A stretch of DNA of 60,224 nucleotides, filler included. It is 3 parts of 3 records of this genome, joined end to end, with 100 filler letters (N's around TTAATTAATTAA, not from the genome) between each part and the next. Parts side by side here need not be neighbours in the genome. Positions count along the whole stretch, not along the records: positions 1 to 26,014 come from DRR723986_60355; positions 26,115 to 52,048 come from DRR723986_60418; 1 more part is not named here. One strand, 5' to 3'. Of this stretch, positions 18,858-28,775 are shown piece by piece. Below the pieces are notes generated by a model. It made no database searches. It was not told the DNA's origin and was given only the letters and a program-made list of their open reading frames with translations. Position numbers and translations under genes: made by a program. Within the stretch, counting starts at the first letter, position 1, and each line of letters opens with the position of its first letter.

Positions 18858-21704
18858 ATGACATATTCAAAATTCTTTTCGTTCTTACTTCTGGTAGGTA
18901 CGTGTTTTACGTTTGCACAACAACCAGCAACTTCTGCTGAAACCATTAAAACCGCTTTAGAACAAAAGCGAGAAATGACAAAATCGTCATTAGTAAAAAA
19001 TGTACCGTTTAAAAATATTGGTCCTACGATTATGAGTGGTCGTGTGGTAGATGTCGATGTGAATCCGGAGATGCCTTCAGAGTTTTATGTAGGCTACGCT
19101 TCAGGTGGTGTGTGGCATACTACTAATAACGGAACGACATTTAACCCGATTTTAGATAGTTCAGACACTCAGAATGTGGGAGACATCACTGTACATTGGC
19201 CAACACGCACGATTTATGTTGGTACAGGAGAAAATAACGCCTCGCGTTCATCATACGCAGGTATTGGGATTTTAAAATCTACGGATAACGGTAAGTCATG
19301 GGCAAATATGGGCTTAATGGATGCACATCATTTTGCTCCGATTTTAATTCATCCAGACAATCCAGATGTGGTGACGGTTGGCGTAACAGGACATTTATAT
19401 TCACCAAACGATCAACGTGGTATTTATAAAACCACTGATGGCGGCAAAACATGGAAGCAAACACTGTTTGTAGACAATATGAGTGGTATTATAGATTTAC
19501 AACACAGTCCGGATAATTATAATGTGATGTATGCCACATCTTGGACAAAAGATAGAAAGGCATGGAATTTTACTGGTAATGGCACCAATTCTGGTATTTA
19601 CAAAAGTACAGATGCAGGTGACACCTGGACTAAAGTTTCAACAAATGGAAGTGGTTTTCCTACAGGTGATGGAGTTGGTAGAATTGGTGTTGCAGTGTTT
19701 AATGATAATGTAGTGTATGCAGTTCATGATAGTCAGTTTAGACGAAAAGAAGAAAAGAAAAAAGAAGACGATAACCGAGGGTTAACCAAGGAGGATTTTA
19801 AAACCATGTCTAATTCAGATTTTCTGGCCTTAGATGATAAAAAATTGAATCGGTTTTTAAAAACCAATGGTTTTCAGGAAAAATACAGAGCTCAGAATGT
19901 GAAGCAAATGGTACGTTCAGGTAATGTAAAACCTATAGACTTAGCTAAATATCTTGAAGATGCTAATTCCATGTTATTTGATACGCCTGTAATTGGAGCT
20001 GAGGTGTACAAAAGTACGGATGGAGGAAAAACATGGAAAAAAACACACGAGGATTACCTGGATGGTATCTACTTTAGTTATGGGTATTATTTTGGGCATA
20101 TCCATGTGTCACCTGCCAATGAAGATCATATTTATATTTATGGAGTTCCAATTGTAAAATCAAAAGACGGAGGAAAAAACTGGACGTCCATAAGTGCAGA
20201 AAACGTGCATGCCGATCATCATGCGCTTTGGATTAATCCTAAAAACCCAAACCATTTAATAGATGGTAATGATGGTGGTGTAAATATCACTTATGATGAT
20301 GGTGAGAACTGGATTAAAAATAACTCTCCATCCGTTGGGCAGTTTTATGCCATTAATGTAGATAATGAAAGACCTTATAATGTCTATGGTGGTTTGCAAG
20401 ATAATGGTGTCTGGAAAGGTGCTAATAATACTCGTGAAGATAAGAGCTGGCATCAACGTGGTCAGTATCCTTGGGAAGGCATCATGGGAGGAGATGGTAT
20501 GCAAATTCAGATAGATAGTCGCAATTCTAATATAGTATATACAGGTTACCAGTTTGGTAATTACTTTAGACTCAACTTAGAACGTGATGAGCAAAAGTAT
20601 ATTCAGCCAAAGCATACATTAGGTGAAAATCCGTATCGTTTTAATTGGCAAACACCAATTTTGTTGTCACCACACAATCAGGATATTTTATATCTAGGAG
20701 GTAACAAGCTAATGCGAAGCATGAATCAAGGTGATGACTGGGTAGCGATTAGTGATGATTTAACCAACGGAGGCAAAAAAGGAAATGTGGCATATGGTAC
20801 GTTGGCAACTATAAGTGAAAGTCCATTTCAGTTTGGGTTAATTTATACAGGAAGCGATGACGGTTTAGTGCAGGTAACAAAGAATGCAGGAGGTATCTGG
20901 ACAAATATTACAGGTAACTTACCAAAAGACTTATGGGTAAGTCGTGTTGTGGCTTCTCAACACAAAAAAGAACGTGTATATGTGACATTGAATGGTTATC
21001 GTTGGGACGACTTTAAGGTGTATGCTTACATGAGTGATGATTATGGTGTGACCTGGAAAGATATCAGTGGAAATATTCCGGCTTCACCAGTTAATGTTAT
21101 TAAAGAAGATCCTGCAAATGAAAATATTCTTTATTTAGGTACAGATAATGGTGCTTATGTGTCTTTTGATATGGGAGCATCCTGGGAAGTGTTTTCTAAC
21201 GGAGTGCCTAATGTCGCAGTTCATGATATTGTAGTACATCCAGAAGCCAACGATCTTTTGTTAGGTACTCATGGTCGTAGTATCTATAAGGCAAATATTG
21301 CGCCTCTACAAAAACTAGATAGCGATGTTCAATCAACACCAGTTACTTTTTTCAAATTGAGTCCTGTGCGTTACTCAAGCCGTTGGGGAAGTTCTTGGAG
21401 CAAATGGTTAGATGCTTATGAGCCTGAAAAGACACTTCAGTTTTATAGTAATTCATCAGGAGACAAAACAATAAAGATATTATCTAAAGATGGTACTGAA
21501 TTAAACCGAATGACAGTTAACGCGGATAAAGGATTTAATTATATAGATTACAATTTAGAAATTACTTCTAAAGGACGAAAAGCTTTAATGAAAGAAGATA
21601 CGAGTTTAGATATTGATGAAGCCAGTAACGGAAAATATTATTTACCAAAAGGCGTTTATACAGTACAAATAGACAATGCGAAGACTAAATTAGAAATTAA
21701 GTAA
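18858..21704 (+). CDS. VPS10/BNR (Asp-box) repeat glycosyl hydrolase-like secreted protein
   Basis: Signal peptide from ATG 18858; IGP..MSGRV, many (K/R)S.DGG.(T/S)W Asp-boxes, HADHHALWI, GGLQDNG, RFNWQTP. Confidence 0.85.
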   Translation: MTYSKFFSFLLLVGTCFTFAQQPATSAETIKTALEQKREMTKSSLVKNVPFKNIGPTIMSGRVVDVDVNPEMPSEFYVGYASGGVWHTTNNGTTFNPILDSSDTQNVGDITVHWPTRTIYVGTGENNASRSSYAGIGILKSTDNGKSWANMGLMDAHHFAPILIHPDNPDVVTVGVTGHLYSPNDQRGIYKTTDGGKTWKQTLFVDNMSGIIDLQHSPDNYNVMYATSWTKDRKAWNFTGNGTNSGIYKSTDAGDTWTKVSTNGSGFPTGDGVGRIGVAVFNDNVVYAVHDSQFRRKEEKKKEDDNRGLTKEDFKTMSNSDFLALDDKKLNRFLKTNGFQEKYRAQNVKQMVRSGNVKPIDLAKYLEDANSMLFDTPVIGAEVYKSTDGGKTWKKTHEDYLDGIYFSYGYYFGHIHVSPANEDHIYIYGVPIVKSKDGGKNWTSISAENVHADHHALWINPKNPNHLIDGNDGGVNITYDDGENWIKNNSPSVGQFYAINVDNERPYNVYGGLQDNGVWKGANNTREDKSWHQRGQYPWEGIMGGDGMQIQIDSRNSNIVYTGYQFGNYFRLNLERDEQKYIQPKHTLGENPYRFNWQTPILLSPHNQDILYLGGNKLMRSMNQGDDWVAISDDLTNGGKKGNVAYGTLATISESPFQFGLIYTGSDDGLVQVTKNAGGIWTNITGNLPKDLWVSRVVASQHKKERVYVTLNGYRWDDFKVYAYMSDDYGVTWKDISGNIPASPVNVIKEDPANENILYLGTDNGAYVSFDMGASWEVFSNGVPNVAVHDIVVHPEANDLLLGTHGRSIYKANIAPLQKLDSDVQSTPVTFFKLSPVRYSSRWGSSWSKWLDAYEPEKTLQFYSNSSGDKTIKILSKDGTELNRMTVNADKGFNYIDYNLEITSKGRKALMKEDTSLDIDEASNGKYYLPKGVYTVQIDNAKTKLEIK

Positions 21705-21721
21705 GACTTAAATCAATATAA

Positions 21722-22591
21722 ATGAAATCTATTAACCTACTTTTTGTGGCCTTGTGCATTATTCTAATGTCATGCACTAGCGATGATTCTTCCTCAGGAA
21801 GTGATGAGCCTAATTTAATTATCAAGTTGAATTTTGATTCTAATCAACAACGTTTAGATAATTTAGGTCAACCTGCTACGATACCAAATGGTAATGCGGC
21901 ACAAACGCCAACCATTCAAACAATGAGTGCAAATTATATTGAGTTTGCACCAACTGCAACCACTTTATTAGGACAAGGTGAGATTATATACGAAGGAGCA
22001 GAAACGAATACTGGAGGTGATATGGCCATTGATTTTCAGCAATCTATTTTTGCAGGAGATGATGAAGAATTTTTAAGCATTCCATTGAGTGAAGTTGCTT
22101 CTGGTACTTACGAATGGGTCAGAGTATCATTAGCCTATCAGGAAGGTGATATTCAGCTGTTGGTAGACAATGTTGGTGAAATTACAGGTCGACTTGCAAG
22201 TTTTGTAGGTTACAATAATTATATCACCTCATTTGACTTAAACGGCAGTACAATTACGGTAAATGATGATGTTTTACAAGGATTCTGGGCTTTTGAAGCT
22301 TTAGGGTTTACAACTCAGGGACAAGCAACGGAAGGAGCAACAACAGTTCCTAATCCCTTATTTGATACATCTCCCGTACCTCAAGGATCTTGTGTTGTAA
22401 CAGGTCAGTTTGAAAACGCTTTTGAGATCACAGGTAACGAAACCGAAGATGTCGTTGTAACATTATCGTTTTCTATTAATAATAGTTTTGAGTGGACTGA
22501 AGTCAATACAGATGGTAAATATGAGCCATCGGCTGGAGAGCAAGTTGTAGATATGGGACTTCGAGGACTGATTCCAAGTGTGTCTAATTAA
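21722..22591 (+). CDS. Hypothetical lipoprotein
   Basis: Lipobox LMSC followed by acidic SDD export-type signal; 289-aa ORF. Confidence 0.75.
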   Translation: MKSINLLFVALCIILMSCTSDDSSSGSDEPNLIIKLNFDSNQQRLDNLGQPATIPNGNAAQTPTIQTMSANYIEFAPTATTLLGQGEIIYEGAETNTGGDMAIDFQQSIFAGDDEEFLSIPLSEVASGTYEWVRVSLAYQEGDIQLLVDNVGEITGRLASFVGYNNYITSFDLNGSTITVNDDVLQGFWAFEALGFTTQGQATEGATTVPNPLFDTSPVPQGSCVVTGQFENAFEITGNETEDVVVTLSFSINNSFEWTEVNTDGKYEPSAGEQVVDMGLRGLIPSVSN

Positions 22592-22752
22592 TGATATTTT
22601 TCACACTTCTTTTACATTATTTTGACATCTATTAAGCTCGTTTTAGATAGTTTAGCAGCAAAATAAAGCCTGTTAAAAATACTATAATACATTTCTCACG
22701 TTTATTACTATAGTCATATTTACAGAAATGCTAACCACTTCATCAATCAATC

Positions 22753-23988
22753 ATGTTAAGACGTCTCACTTTACTAGTCATTTTTTTGTCTATAAGTTTC
22801 CTACAAGCACAAAAAAATATCACAGAACAACTCAGTATATTTCTAGATTGCAATGTATGCGATAGCGAGTATTTAAGACAAAATCTAGGTAATACACAAT
22901 TTGTAAGAGATCAGTATTTAGGTGATGTTCATGTATTTGTTGTCACTCAAAGAAACGGTGCGGGTGGGCGCAGCTATGAAATGCAGTTTATTGGTAAAGA
23001 AGGGTTTGAGGCCATTAATTATAAGCTCAATTTTTCTACTGATGCCAATATGACCAGAGATGAGGTAAGACAACGTGTTTTAAAAAACTTAAAACTTGGT
23101 TTGGTTCGTTTTTGGATCGAAAAAGGGACGGTTGATGATGTAACAGTTAGTGTTCCTATACCAGAAGAAGAAAAAGATGAGGTTGAAGATGATGACCCAT
23201 GGAATTATTGGTTATTTCAAGTTGGTGCTGGCGGATTTTTTGATGGTCAGGAGCAAAGCCGATTCAGTAATATCAATATCAGTGCATCTGCAAGGCGAGT
23301 TACTGAGAAGAATAAGTTTCGAATAAGAGCACGTTTTAGTGAGAGTAGAAATGTTTTTGAATTTGAAGGTGAGGAAATTGTAGGTATCAACGATAGAAAA
23401 TTCTTAAATGTTAGCGATATTTTGAGTATTAATGATCATTGGTCTTATGGTTTTTTTGGAAGTTTTAGCTCGTCAACTTTTAATAACACAGATTTAGCAT
23501 GGACCTTTAGGCCGGCTTTAGAATATAGTTTCTTTGATTATGTAGATTCTGCAAAAAAGCAGCTGACCATATCTTACAGAAACGGAATTCGTTTTAATGA
23601 TTATACCGAAGTTACTCTGTTTAATAAAACTGAAGAATATCTTTGGGAACATGGTATTCAACTTGGTGGTAGAGTTAATCAGGAATGGGGAAATATCAAC
23701 GGAGAAGTCTCATACAATCAGTTTTTAAATGACACAAGTCTATACTCAATTAATTTCTTTCTAGGAACAAGAATACGCTTATTTAAAGGCTTCAATTTTA
23801 ATGTAAGTGGCAGTTATTCTATCACCAGAAATCAAATTAACCTTCCTGGAGGCGGCTTGTCATTAGAGGAACTTTTGCTTCAGCAACAGCAACTACAATC
23901 GGGCTACAATTACTTCGTAAATGTTGGGTTTAGTTATTCTTTTGGGTCAATTTACAACACCATTGTAAATCCGCGATTTGACTTTTAG
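22753..23988 (+). CDS. Putative outer-membrane beta-barrel protein
   Basis: Signal peptide, N-terminal CxxC domain, alternating aromatic beta strands, C-terminal Phe. Confidence 0.7.
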   Translation: MLRRLTLLVIFLSISFLQAQKNITEQLSIFLDCNVCDSEYLRQNLGNTQFVRDQYLGDVHVFVVTQRNGAGGRSYEMQFIGKEGFEAINYKLNFSTDANMTRDEVRQRVLKNLKLGLVRFWIEKGTVDDVTVSVPIPEEEKDEVEDDDPWNYWLFQVGAGGFFDGQEQSRFSNINISASARRVTEKNKFRIRARFSESRNVFEFEGEEIVGINDRKFLNVSDILSINDHWSYGFFGSFSSSTFNNTDLAWTFRPALEYSFFDYVDSAKKQLTISYRNGIRFNDYTEVTLFNKTEEYLWEHGIQLGGRVNQEWGNINGEVSYNQFLNDTSLYSINFFLGTRIRLFKGFNFNVSGSYSITRNQINLPGGGLSLEELLLQQQQLQSGYNYFVNVGFSYSFGSIYNTIVNPRFDF

Positions 23989-24007
23989 ATTATAATCATT
24001 CTAAATA
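23987..24007. promoter_or_regulatory. Putative Fur-like operator upstream of sdhC
   Basis: AGATTATA-ATCAT-TCTAAATA; right half-site identical to that of the box upstream of sufA. Confidence 0.4.
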
Positions 24008-24051
24008 AATAATTATAATACGCTGTTGTTGGCAATACGCCATTTGTGCAG

Positions 24052-24059
24052 TATTTTTG
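24052..24059 (+). promoter_or_regulatory. -7 promoter element of sdh operon
   Basis: TATTTTTG about 28 nt upstream of sdhC ATG. Confidence 0.65.
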
Positions 24060-24087
24060 TAGGACAAACAAAAAGATTAGATCTACA

Positions 24088-24774
24088 ATGAGCGGAATTC
24101 TAAATTCGTCGATTGGAAGAAAGTTTGCCATGGCACTTTCGGCACTCTTCCTCATGATTTTTCTCGTAATGCATGTCTCTATTAACTTTACATCAGTTTT
24201 TAGTGCAGAATTATTTAACAACTTGTCCCATTTTATGGGTACCAATCCGTTGGTACAAGGGCTTATGCAACCTATCCTTATTATCGGAGTCATTTTTCAC
24301 TTTGTAATGGGCTTTGTATTAGAAGCTAAAAACAAAGCAGCACGTAAAGTAAGCTATGCTAAAAATGTAGCTTCTGGAAACTCAAGTTGGGTTTCTAGAA
24401 ATATGTTATTAACGGGAGTAGTAGTATTAGCTTTTCTAGGCTTACACATGTATGACTTCTGGGTACACGAAATGACTGTCAAGTATGTTGAAGGCGACAT
24501 GAGTGGATTGATTGATCCTAACAATGCAGATTCAGGTTTCCGTTACTATGAAGAATTGAGAGAAAAGTTTGTAAGCCCAGTTAGAGTGGGTATTTATGTC
24601 GTAGCATTTGTTCTACTGGCATTGCACTTATTACATGGTTTTAACTCAGCATTCCAGTCTATTGGTGCCAATAATAAGTACATTAAAAGTTTAAAAGGAT
24701 TTAGTAAAGTGTATTCTATCGGAATTCCTGCTTTATTCATATTTATCGCAGTTTACCATCACTTTACACATTAA
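24088..24774 (+). CDS. sdhC: Succinate dehydrogenase cytochrome b subunit
   Basis: [24 protein letters not shown], heme-ligand His residues in TM helices; upstream of sdhA. Confidence 0.92.
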   Translation: MSGILNSSIGRKFAMALSALFLMIFLVMHVSINFTSVFSAELFNNLSHFMGTNPLVQGLMQPILIIGVIFHFVMGFVLEAKNKAARKVSYAKNVASGNSSWVSRNMLLTGVVVLAFLGLHMYDFWVHEMTVKYVEGDMSGLIDPNNADSGFRYYEELREKFVSPVRVGIYVVAFVLLALHLLHGFNSAFQSIGANNKYIKSLKGFSKVYSIGIPALFIFIAVYHHFTH

Positions 24775-24785
24775 AAAAGAACACT

Positions 24786-26014
24786 ATGTCAATATTAGAT
24801 TCTAAAATACCAGAAGGTCCTTTAGCGGACAAGTGGACAAAACATAAAAATGATATTAACCTAGTTAATCCGGCTAATAAACGTCTTATTGACGTTATCA
24901 TTGTTGGTACTGGTCTGGCAGGTGGTTCTGCTGCAGCAACGCTTGCAGAACTTGGTTATAACGTAAAAGCATTCTGTTTTCAAGATTCTCCTAGACGTGC
25001 ACATTCTATTGCAGCTCAAGGAGGTATTAATGCAGCAAAGAATTATCAAGGAGATGGTGATTCTACTTACCGTTTATTTTATGATACTGTAAAAGGTGGT
25101 GATTACCGCTCTCGTGAAGCTAACGTTTATCGTTTAGCTGAAGTTTCAACAAATATTATTGACCAATGCGTGGCACAAGGTGTGCCTTTTGCTAGAGAAT
25201 ATGGTGGGCTATTAGACAACCGTTCATTTGGTGGTGTATTAGTATCACGTACATTTTATGCTAAAGGTCAAACAGGCCAGCAATTGTTGTTAGGTGCTTA
25301 TGCTGCGATGAATCGTCAGATTGGTCGTGGTAAAATTAAGATGTTTACGCGTCACGAAATGTTAGACGTAGTTATTGTTGATGGAAAAGCAAGAGGAATC
25401 ATTGCACGTAACTTAGTGACTGGTGAAATAGAAAGACACTCAGCACATGCCGTTGTTTTAGGAACAGGTGGTTATGGAAATGCATTCTACTTGTCAACTT
25501 ATGCGATGGGATCAAACGTTACGGCCGCTTGGAAAGCGCACAAACGCGGTGCATTTTTCGCTAACCCTTGTTATACGCAAATACACCCAACTTGTATTCC
25601 AGTATCTGGTGACCATCAATCTAAATTAACCTTAATGTCAGAGTCATTAAGAAATGACGGACGTATTTGGGTGCCAAAGCACAAAAAAGATGTCGAAGCT
25701 ATAAGAAATGGAAGTTTAAAACCAACTGATTTAGCTGAAGAAGATAGAGATTATTACTTGGAGCGTCGTTATCCAGCCTTTGGTAACTTAGTGCCACGAG
25801 ATGTGGCATCTCGAGCAGCGAAAGAACGTTGTGATGCTGGCTATGGCGTAAATCAAACGGGTGAAGCTGTTTATTTAGACTTTGCTGCAGCGATTGAACG
25901 TTACGGAAAAGAACAAGCTTATGTGAAAGGACTTAATGTAGAGGATAAGGCTTTAGTGACTAAATTAGGTAAAGAGGTCGTAGAAAATAAGTATGGTAAC
26001 TTATTCCAGATGTA
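24786..26014 (+). CDS. sdhA: Succinate dehydrogenase/fumarate reductase flavoprotein subunit (3' truncated by contig end)
   Basis: VGTGLAG FAD motif, [34 protein letters not shown]. Confidence 0.95.
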
Positions 26015-26114
26015 NNNNNNNNNNNNNNNNNNNNNNNNNNNNNNNNNNNNNNNNNNNNTTAATTAATTAANNNNNNNNNNNNNNNNNNNNNNNNNNNNNN
26101 NNNNNNNNNNNNNN
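26015..26114. other. Artificial contig spacer
   Basis: 44 N + TTAATTAATTAA (stops in all frames) + 44 N. Confidence 0.97.
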
Positions 26115-26115
26115 T

Positions 26116-26280
26116 TCCGACCAGATAAGCAAAGAATCCAAGGTGACTGCCATCTTTGCGGCTAATCCTATTAAACAATTCTATCTCAGCGGATTTATAT
26201 TTTTACTTGGAGGAGTTTTCATTAGCACAGAGAAAATATCAGAAAGGATCGATATGAAAAAAACGTCAAGAAGCCACTAA
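26116..26280 (+). CDS. 3' fragment of a membrane protein gene cut by contig start
   Basis: Open frame SDQISKESKV...FYLSGFIFLLGGVFIS...SRSH* from contig edge. Confidence 0.45.
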   Translation, partial: SDQISKESKVTAIFAANPIKQFYLSGFIFLLGGVFISTEKISERIDMKKTSRSH

Positions 26281-26316
26281 CCAAATAAAAGAATTTGAGT
26301 CCTTTCCTCTAAGGAT

Positions 26317-26649
26317 TTGTATCTTTCCGCAGTGAGAAAACTCTTAATACCAACTATTGCAGCTCTTATTTTTATAGGTGGACTAGTTTCACTGCTATTA
26401 CCCTTTATACCATTGGGCTGGCTACTAATAGCACTTTCTTCCTTGCTGATGGCCCCATATTTTAAGGTAATGCGGAAGTTTATTGGGTGGCTAGCCACAA
26501 TAGATAAAACTGGATTTGTAGAAAAAGCAGGAGAAAAGGCATCTCATCTATACGAATGGGCAGGTGATCCCAAAAGAGCTGAAGAGCTGGAAACTATAAT
26601 TGAGGAAAACAGCAAGGACGATGGGCAAAAAACAGCTAGAGAGGAATAA
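26317..26649 (+). CDS. Small hypothetical membrane protein
   Basis: Two TM helices with LLLPFIPLG hairpin; start may be GTG near 26332. Confidence 0.65.
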   Translation: MYLSAVRKLLIPTIAALIFIGGLVSLLLPFIPLGWLLIALSSLLMAPYFKVMRKFIGWLATIDKTGFVEKAGEKASHLYEWAGDPKRAEELETIIEENSKDDGQKTAREE

Positions 26650-26660
26650 ACCTCCCTTGC

Positions 26661-26885
26661 CTATTTTTTATTCTTATCGCGCTCTTCGTTATCTACAGTT
26701 TCCTCCTGTACATCATTCTTACGGTCATTTTCCCGTTCAATTTCATTGAATTCTTCTTTTTTAGGAGGTCTAGTTCCTCCTGACTGCCCGGGTGTTTTTC
26801 GCGTGGTCCCTTTATCTACTTCTTCTTTCTTTCCCAGTAAATACGCTGAAAATATCCCTGTAGGTTGATTGTTTATAATAAGCAT
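26661..26885 (-). CDS. Small hydrophilic hypothetical protein
   Basis: Charged low-complexity 74-aa ORF co-oriented with 26946-27293. Confidence 0.5.
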   Translation of the reverse strand: MLIINNQPTGIFSAYLLGKKEEVDKGTTRKTPGQSGGTRPPKKEEFNEIERENDRKNDVQEETVDNEERDKNKK

Positions 26886-26945
26886 GTTGGTGGTGGTTTT
26901 TAATGTAAATCAGTAAATGAACAAATTTTCTTCAGTTCCGAAAAT

Positions 26946-27293
26946 TTATTCCAGGTCGCTACCCAATCCTTCAATTTCCTCTACAGCTACCCTTTTGATG
27001 AAGTCATCGTAATACTGATTATCCTCATCTGAATAGGTTCCATAAGCATTAAGCAGAAAGCCCTTTTCACCAGTATCGCTGTGCAGTAAATAAATCACAG
27101 CCATATCGGATGGGTCTGATTCACCTTCGAACCTGTAAACCTTCACGATCTTTAATTGCTCAGGCTGATAAATTTTGTCTGAACCGTCAAACAAAGCCCC
27201 TGCTTGTCTTATGGTTAATTCCTTTCCATATCCTTTTGCAGGCAATTGATTTAATACCTGAGAATAAGTAGTCATTGATTTGGAAGTGCTCAT
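26946..27293 (-). CDS. Conserved Bacteroidota hypothetical protein (RFEGxSDPxD family)
   Basis: IVKVYRFEGESDPSDMAVIY...KGFLLNAYG motif of a widespread small family. Confidence 0.8.
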   Translation of the reverse strand: MSTSKSMTTYSQVLNQLPAKGYGKELTIRQAGALFDGSDKIYQPEQLKIVKVYRFEGESDPSDMAVIYLLHSDTGEKGFLLNAYGTYSDEDNQYYDDFIKRVAVEEIEGLGSDLE

Positions 27294-27340
27294 GATTTTT
27301 ATGTTTATGAAAAAAGCGAAATATTCATTTCAATGTCATA

Positions 27341-27357
27341 AAGCAAGACCAATTCCA
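27341..27357 (-). promoter_or_regulatory. Sigma-54 (-24/-12) promoter
   Basis: TGGAATTGGTCTTGCTT: GG-N10-GC with TTGC, about 48 nt upstream of ATG 27293. Confidence 0.6.
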
Positions 27358-27486
27358 TCGATGACTTTAGACTTATTAAAACTTTTAAAAAATCAGATAA
27401 GCCTTCTAAACGATAAGCAAGGGCATTTTGAATTTTTTTAGCTGTTCCCCAGGCAACCGAAGCATAAGGATAGAAGCGGTTGTTCT

Positions 27487-27501
27487 ACCCCAAAATGGGG
27501 T
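27487..27501. promoter_or_regulatory. Palindromic putative enhancer (upstream activator sequence)
   Basis: ACCCCA-AAA-TGGGGT about 130 nt upstream of the sigma-54-like promoter. Confidence 0.4.
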
Positions 27502-27649
27502 GTTTTTTTTTAAAAAAAATAATTTGGCAGAAACCAGTAAAGAAGCCGTTCCTAGTATTTGAATCTACCAACTGAAACAACACAAAAATAAGCGCCTTGA
27601 TCTGATTTTATTTCAGTTCAAGGAGCCAGGTTTTTGCTTTCTTCTTTGA

Positions 27650-28654
27650 TCAATTCCCTAGACTTGCTAGGAAATTATCTACCACCATACTCAAATATTC
27701 ATTTAGCGCTTGTTGCGTTTTTGCTTTGTAAGCCGCTCTATCAGCCTTTACCTGATGAGATACTTCGAGTTCCTTATCATTGGTATACGCAACCCCATTA
27801 TAAGTGGTATTGTAACTCACATCTGGCGCGACATATTCCTTAAATTTCTTTTCTTCCATCACGCCAGGGATTTCTATCCCACCTTTTGGGGAATATGACA
27901 AAATAGTATTTGCTCCTGACCCATTCATCCCACCTTTCCAAACAATCCGTGCAGCGATTCTGGATGTTTCTATTTTAGAACCTAATAATCCTTCAGCAGA
28001 TTTAGCAATAGCCACTTCAGGTATTTGGTATTGTACCACACCTTTCATCTTTGTAGCATCTGTCACGTAAGAGCTATTCCCCTCAATAGTCACAAATTGA
28101 AAGCTGATGTTCGCTTCAAAAACGGGAATATCTCCCAAATCTTTGGATAATTTAGGTGTAGTATCTACAATAAAAGACCCTTTGGTCTTACCGTCTTTAT
28201 TCATTGATTTATAGAAATAATCAAAACCAGTAGGCGCTGTAGTTACATATCCTAGTAGTTGTGCTTTCGTAGGAGTTCCTCCTTGGGTCTTTGTCCAATC
28301 GCTATAAAAATCAGTTTTCTCCGCTACATCGGAAGTCACAATTTCAATTCCTGCATCGGTTAGTCTTTTTACGACCATAGCGTAGGCATTGTCAGTGATT
28401 TCTTGCATGTCTGAAATCTCCACTCCAGTCATACCGACAGCCATCTCTGCTCTGGTCTTGCCTCCCGCACTCGCCTCCGAACTTGCAGCGATCAACTGGT
28501 AATTGATATTAAATTGATTTAAATAAATCTTCTTAGGAGCATCCTTCAATTTTTTTTCACCGTAGCTGTTATCGCTGAGATTTTTGCTGGTTACGAGTTG
28601 CCCATTTGCGATTGTGCAGACAAAAAAGGCAAAGATTAATAAAGTATTTTTCAT
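27650..28654 (-). CDS. Exported hypothetical protein
   Basis: Sec signal peptide (MKNTLLIFAFFVCTIANG); divergent from sensor kinase. Confidence 0.75.
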   Translation of the reverse strand: MKNTLLIFAFFVCTIANGQLVTSKNLSDNSYGEKKLKDAPKKIYLNQFNINYQLIAASSEASAGGKTRAEMAVGMTGVEISDMQEITDNAYAMVVKRLTDAGIEIVTSDVAEKTDFYSDWTKTQGGTPTKAQLLGYVTTAPTGFDYFYKSMNKDGKTKGSFIVDTTPKLSKDLGDIPVFEANISFQFVTIEGNSSYVTDATKMKGVVQYQIPEVAIAKSAEGLLGSKIETSRIAARIVWKGGMNGSGANTILSYSPKGGIEIPGVMEEKKFKEYVAPDVSYNTTYNGVAYTNDKELEVSHQVKADRAAYKAKTQQALNEYLSMVVDNFLASLGN

Positions 28655-28737
28655 GGTTTCGAATTTTTATGTTCTGGTTCATACAAATGACTTAATTAAT
28701 ACCCCTTGTTTCAATAAGGTCGATTAGGTATTTTGGC

Positions 28738-28755
28738 ATACCTAATAGTAGGTAT
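28738..28755. promoter_or_regulatory. Palindrome ATACCTA-N4-TAGGTAT, putative response-regulator binding site, copy 1
   Basis: ATACCTA-ATAG-TAGGTAT in divergent intergenic region; identical arms at 30763-30780. Confidence 0.65.
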
Positions 28756-28775
28756 ATAAGCTAAAATCTGTCGCA

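Noticed and set aside
24786-26066. sdhA as a truncated pseudogene
   Set aside because: The ORF simply runs into the contig end; no internal lesion is visible
26059-26070. TTAATTAATTAA palindrome as a biological site (also 52093-52104)
   Set aside because: Centered in exact 44-N flanks at both places; an all-frame-stop assembly linker
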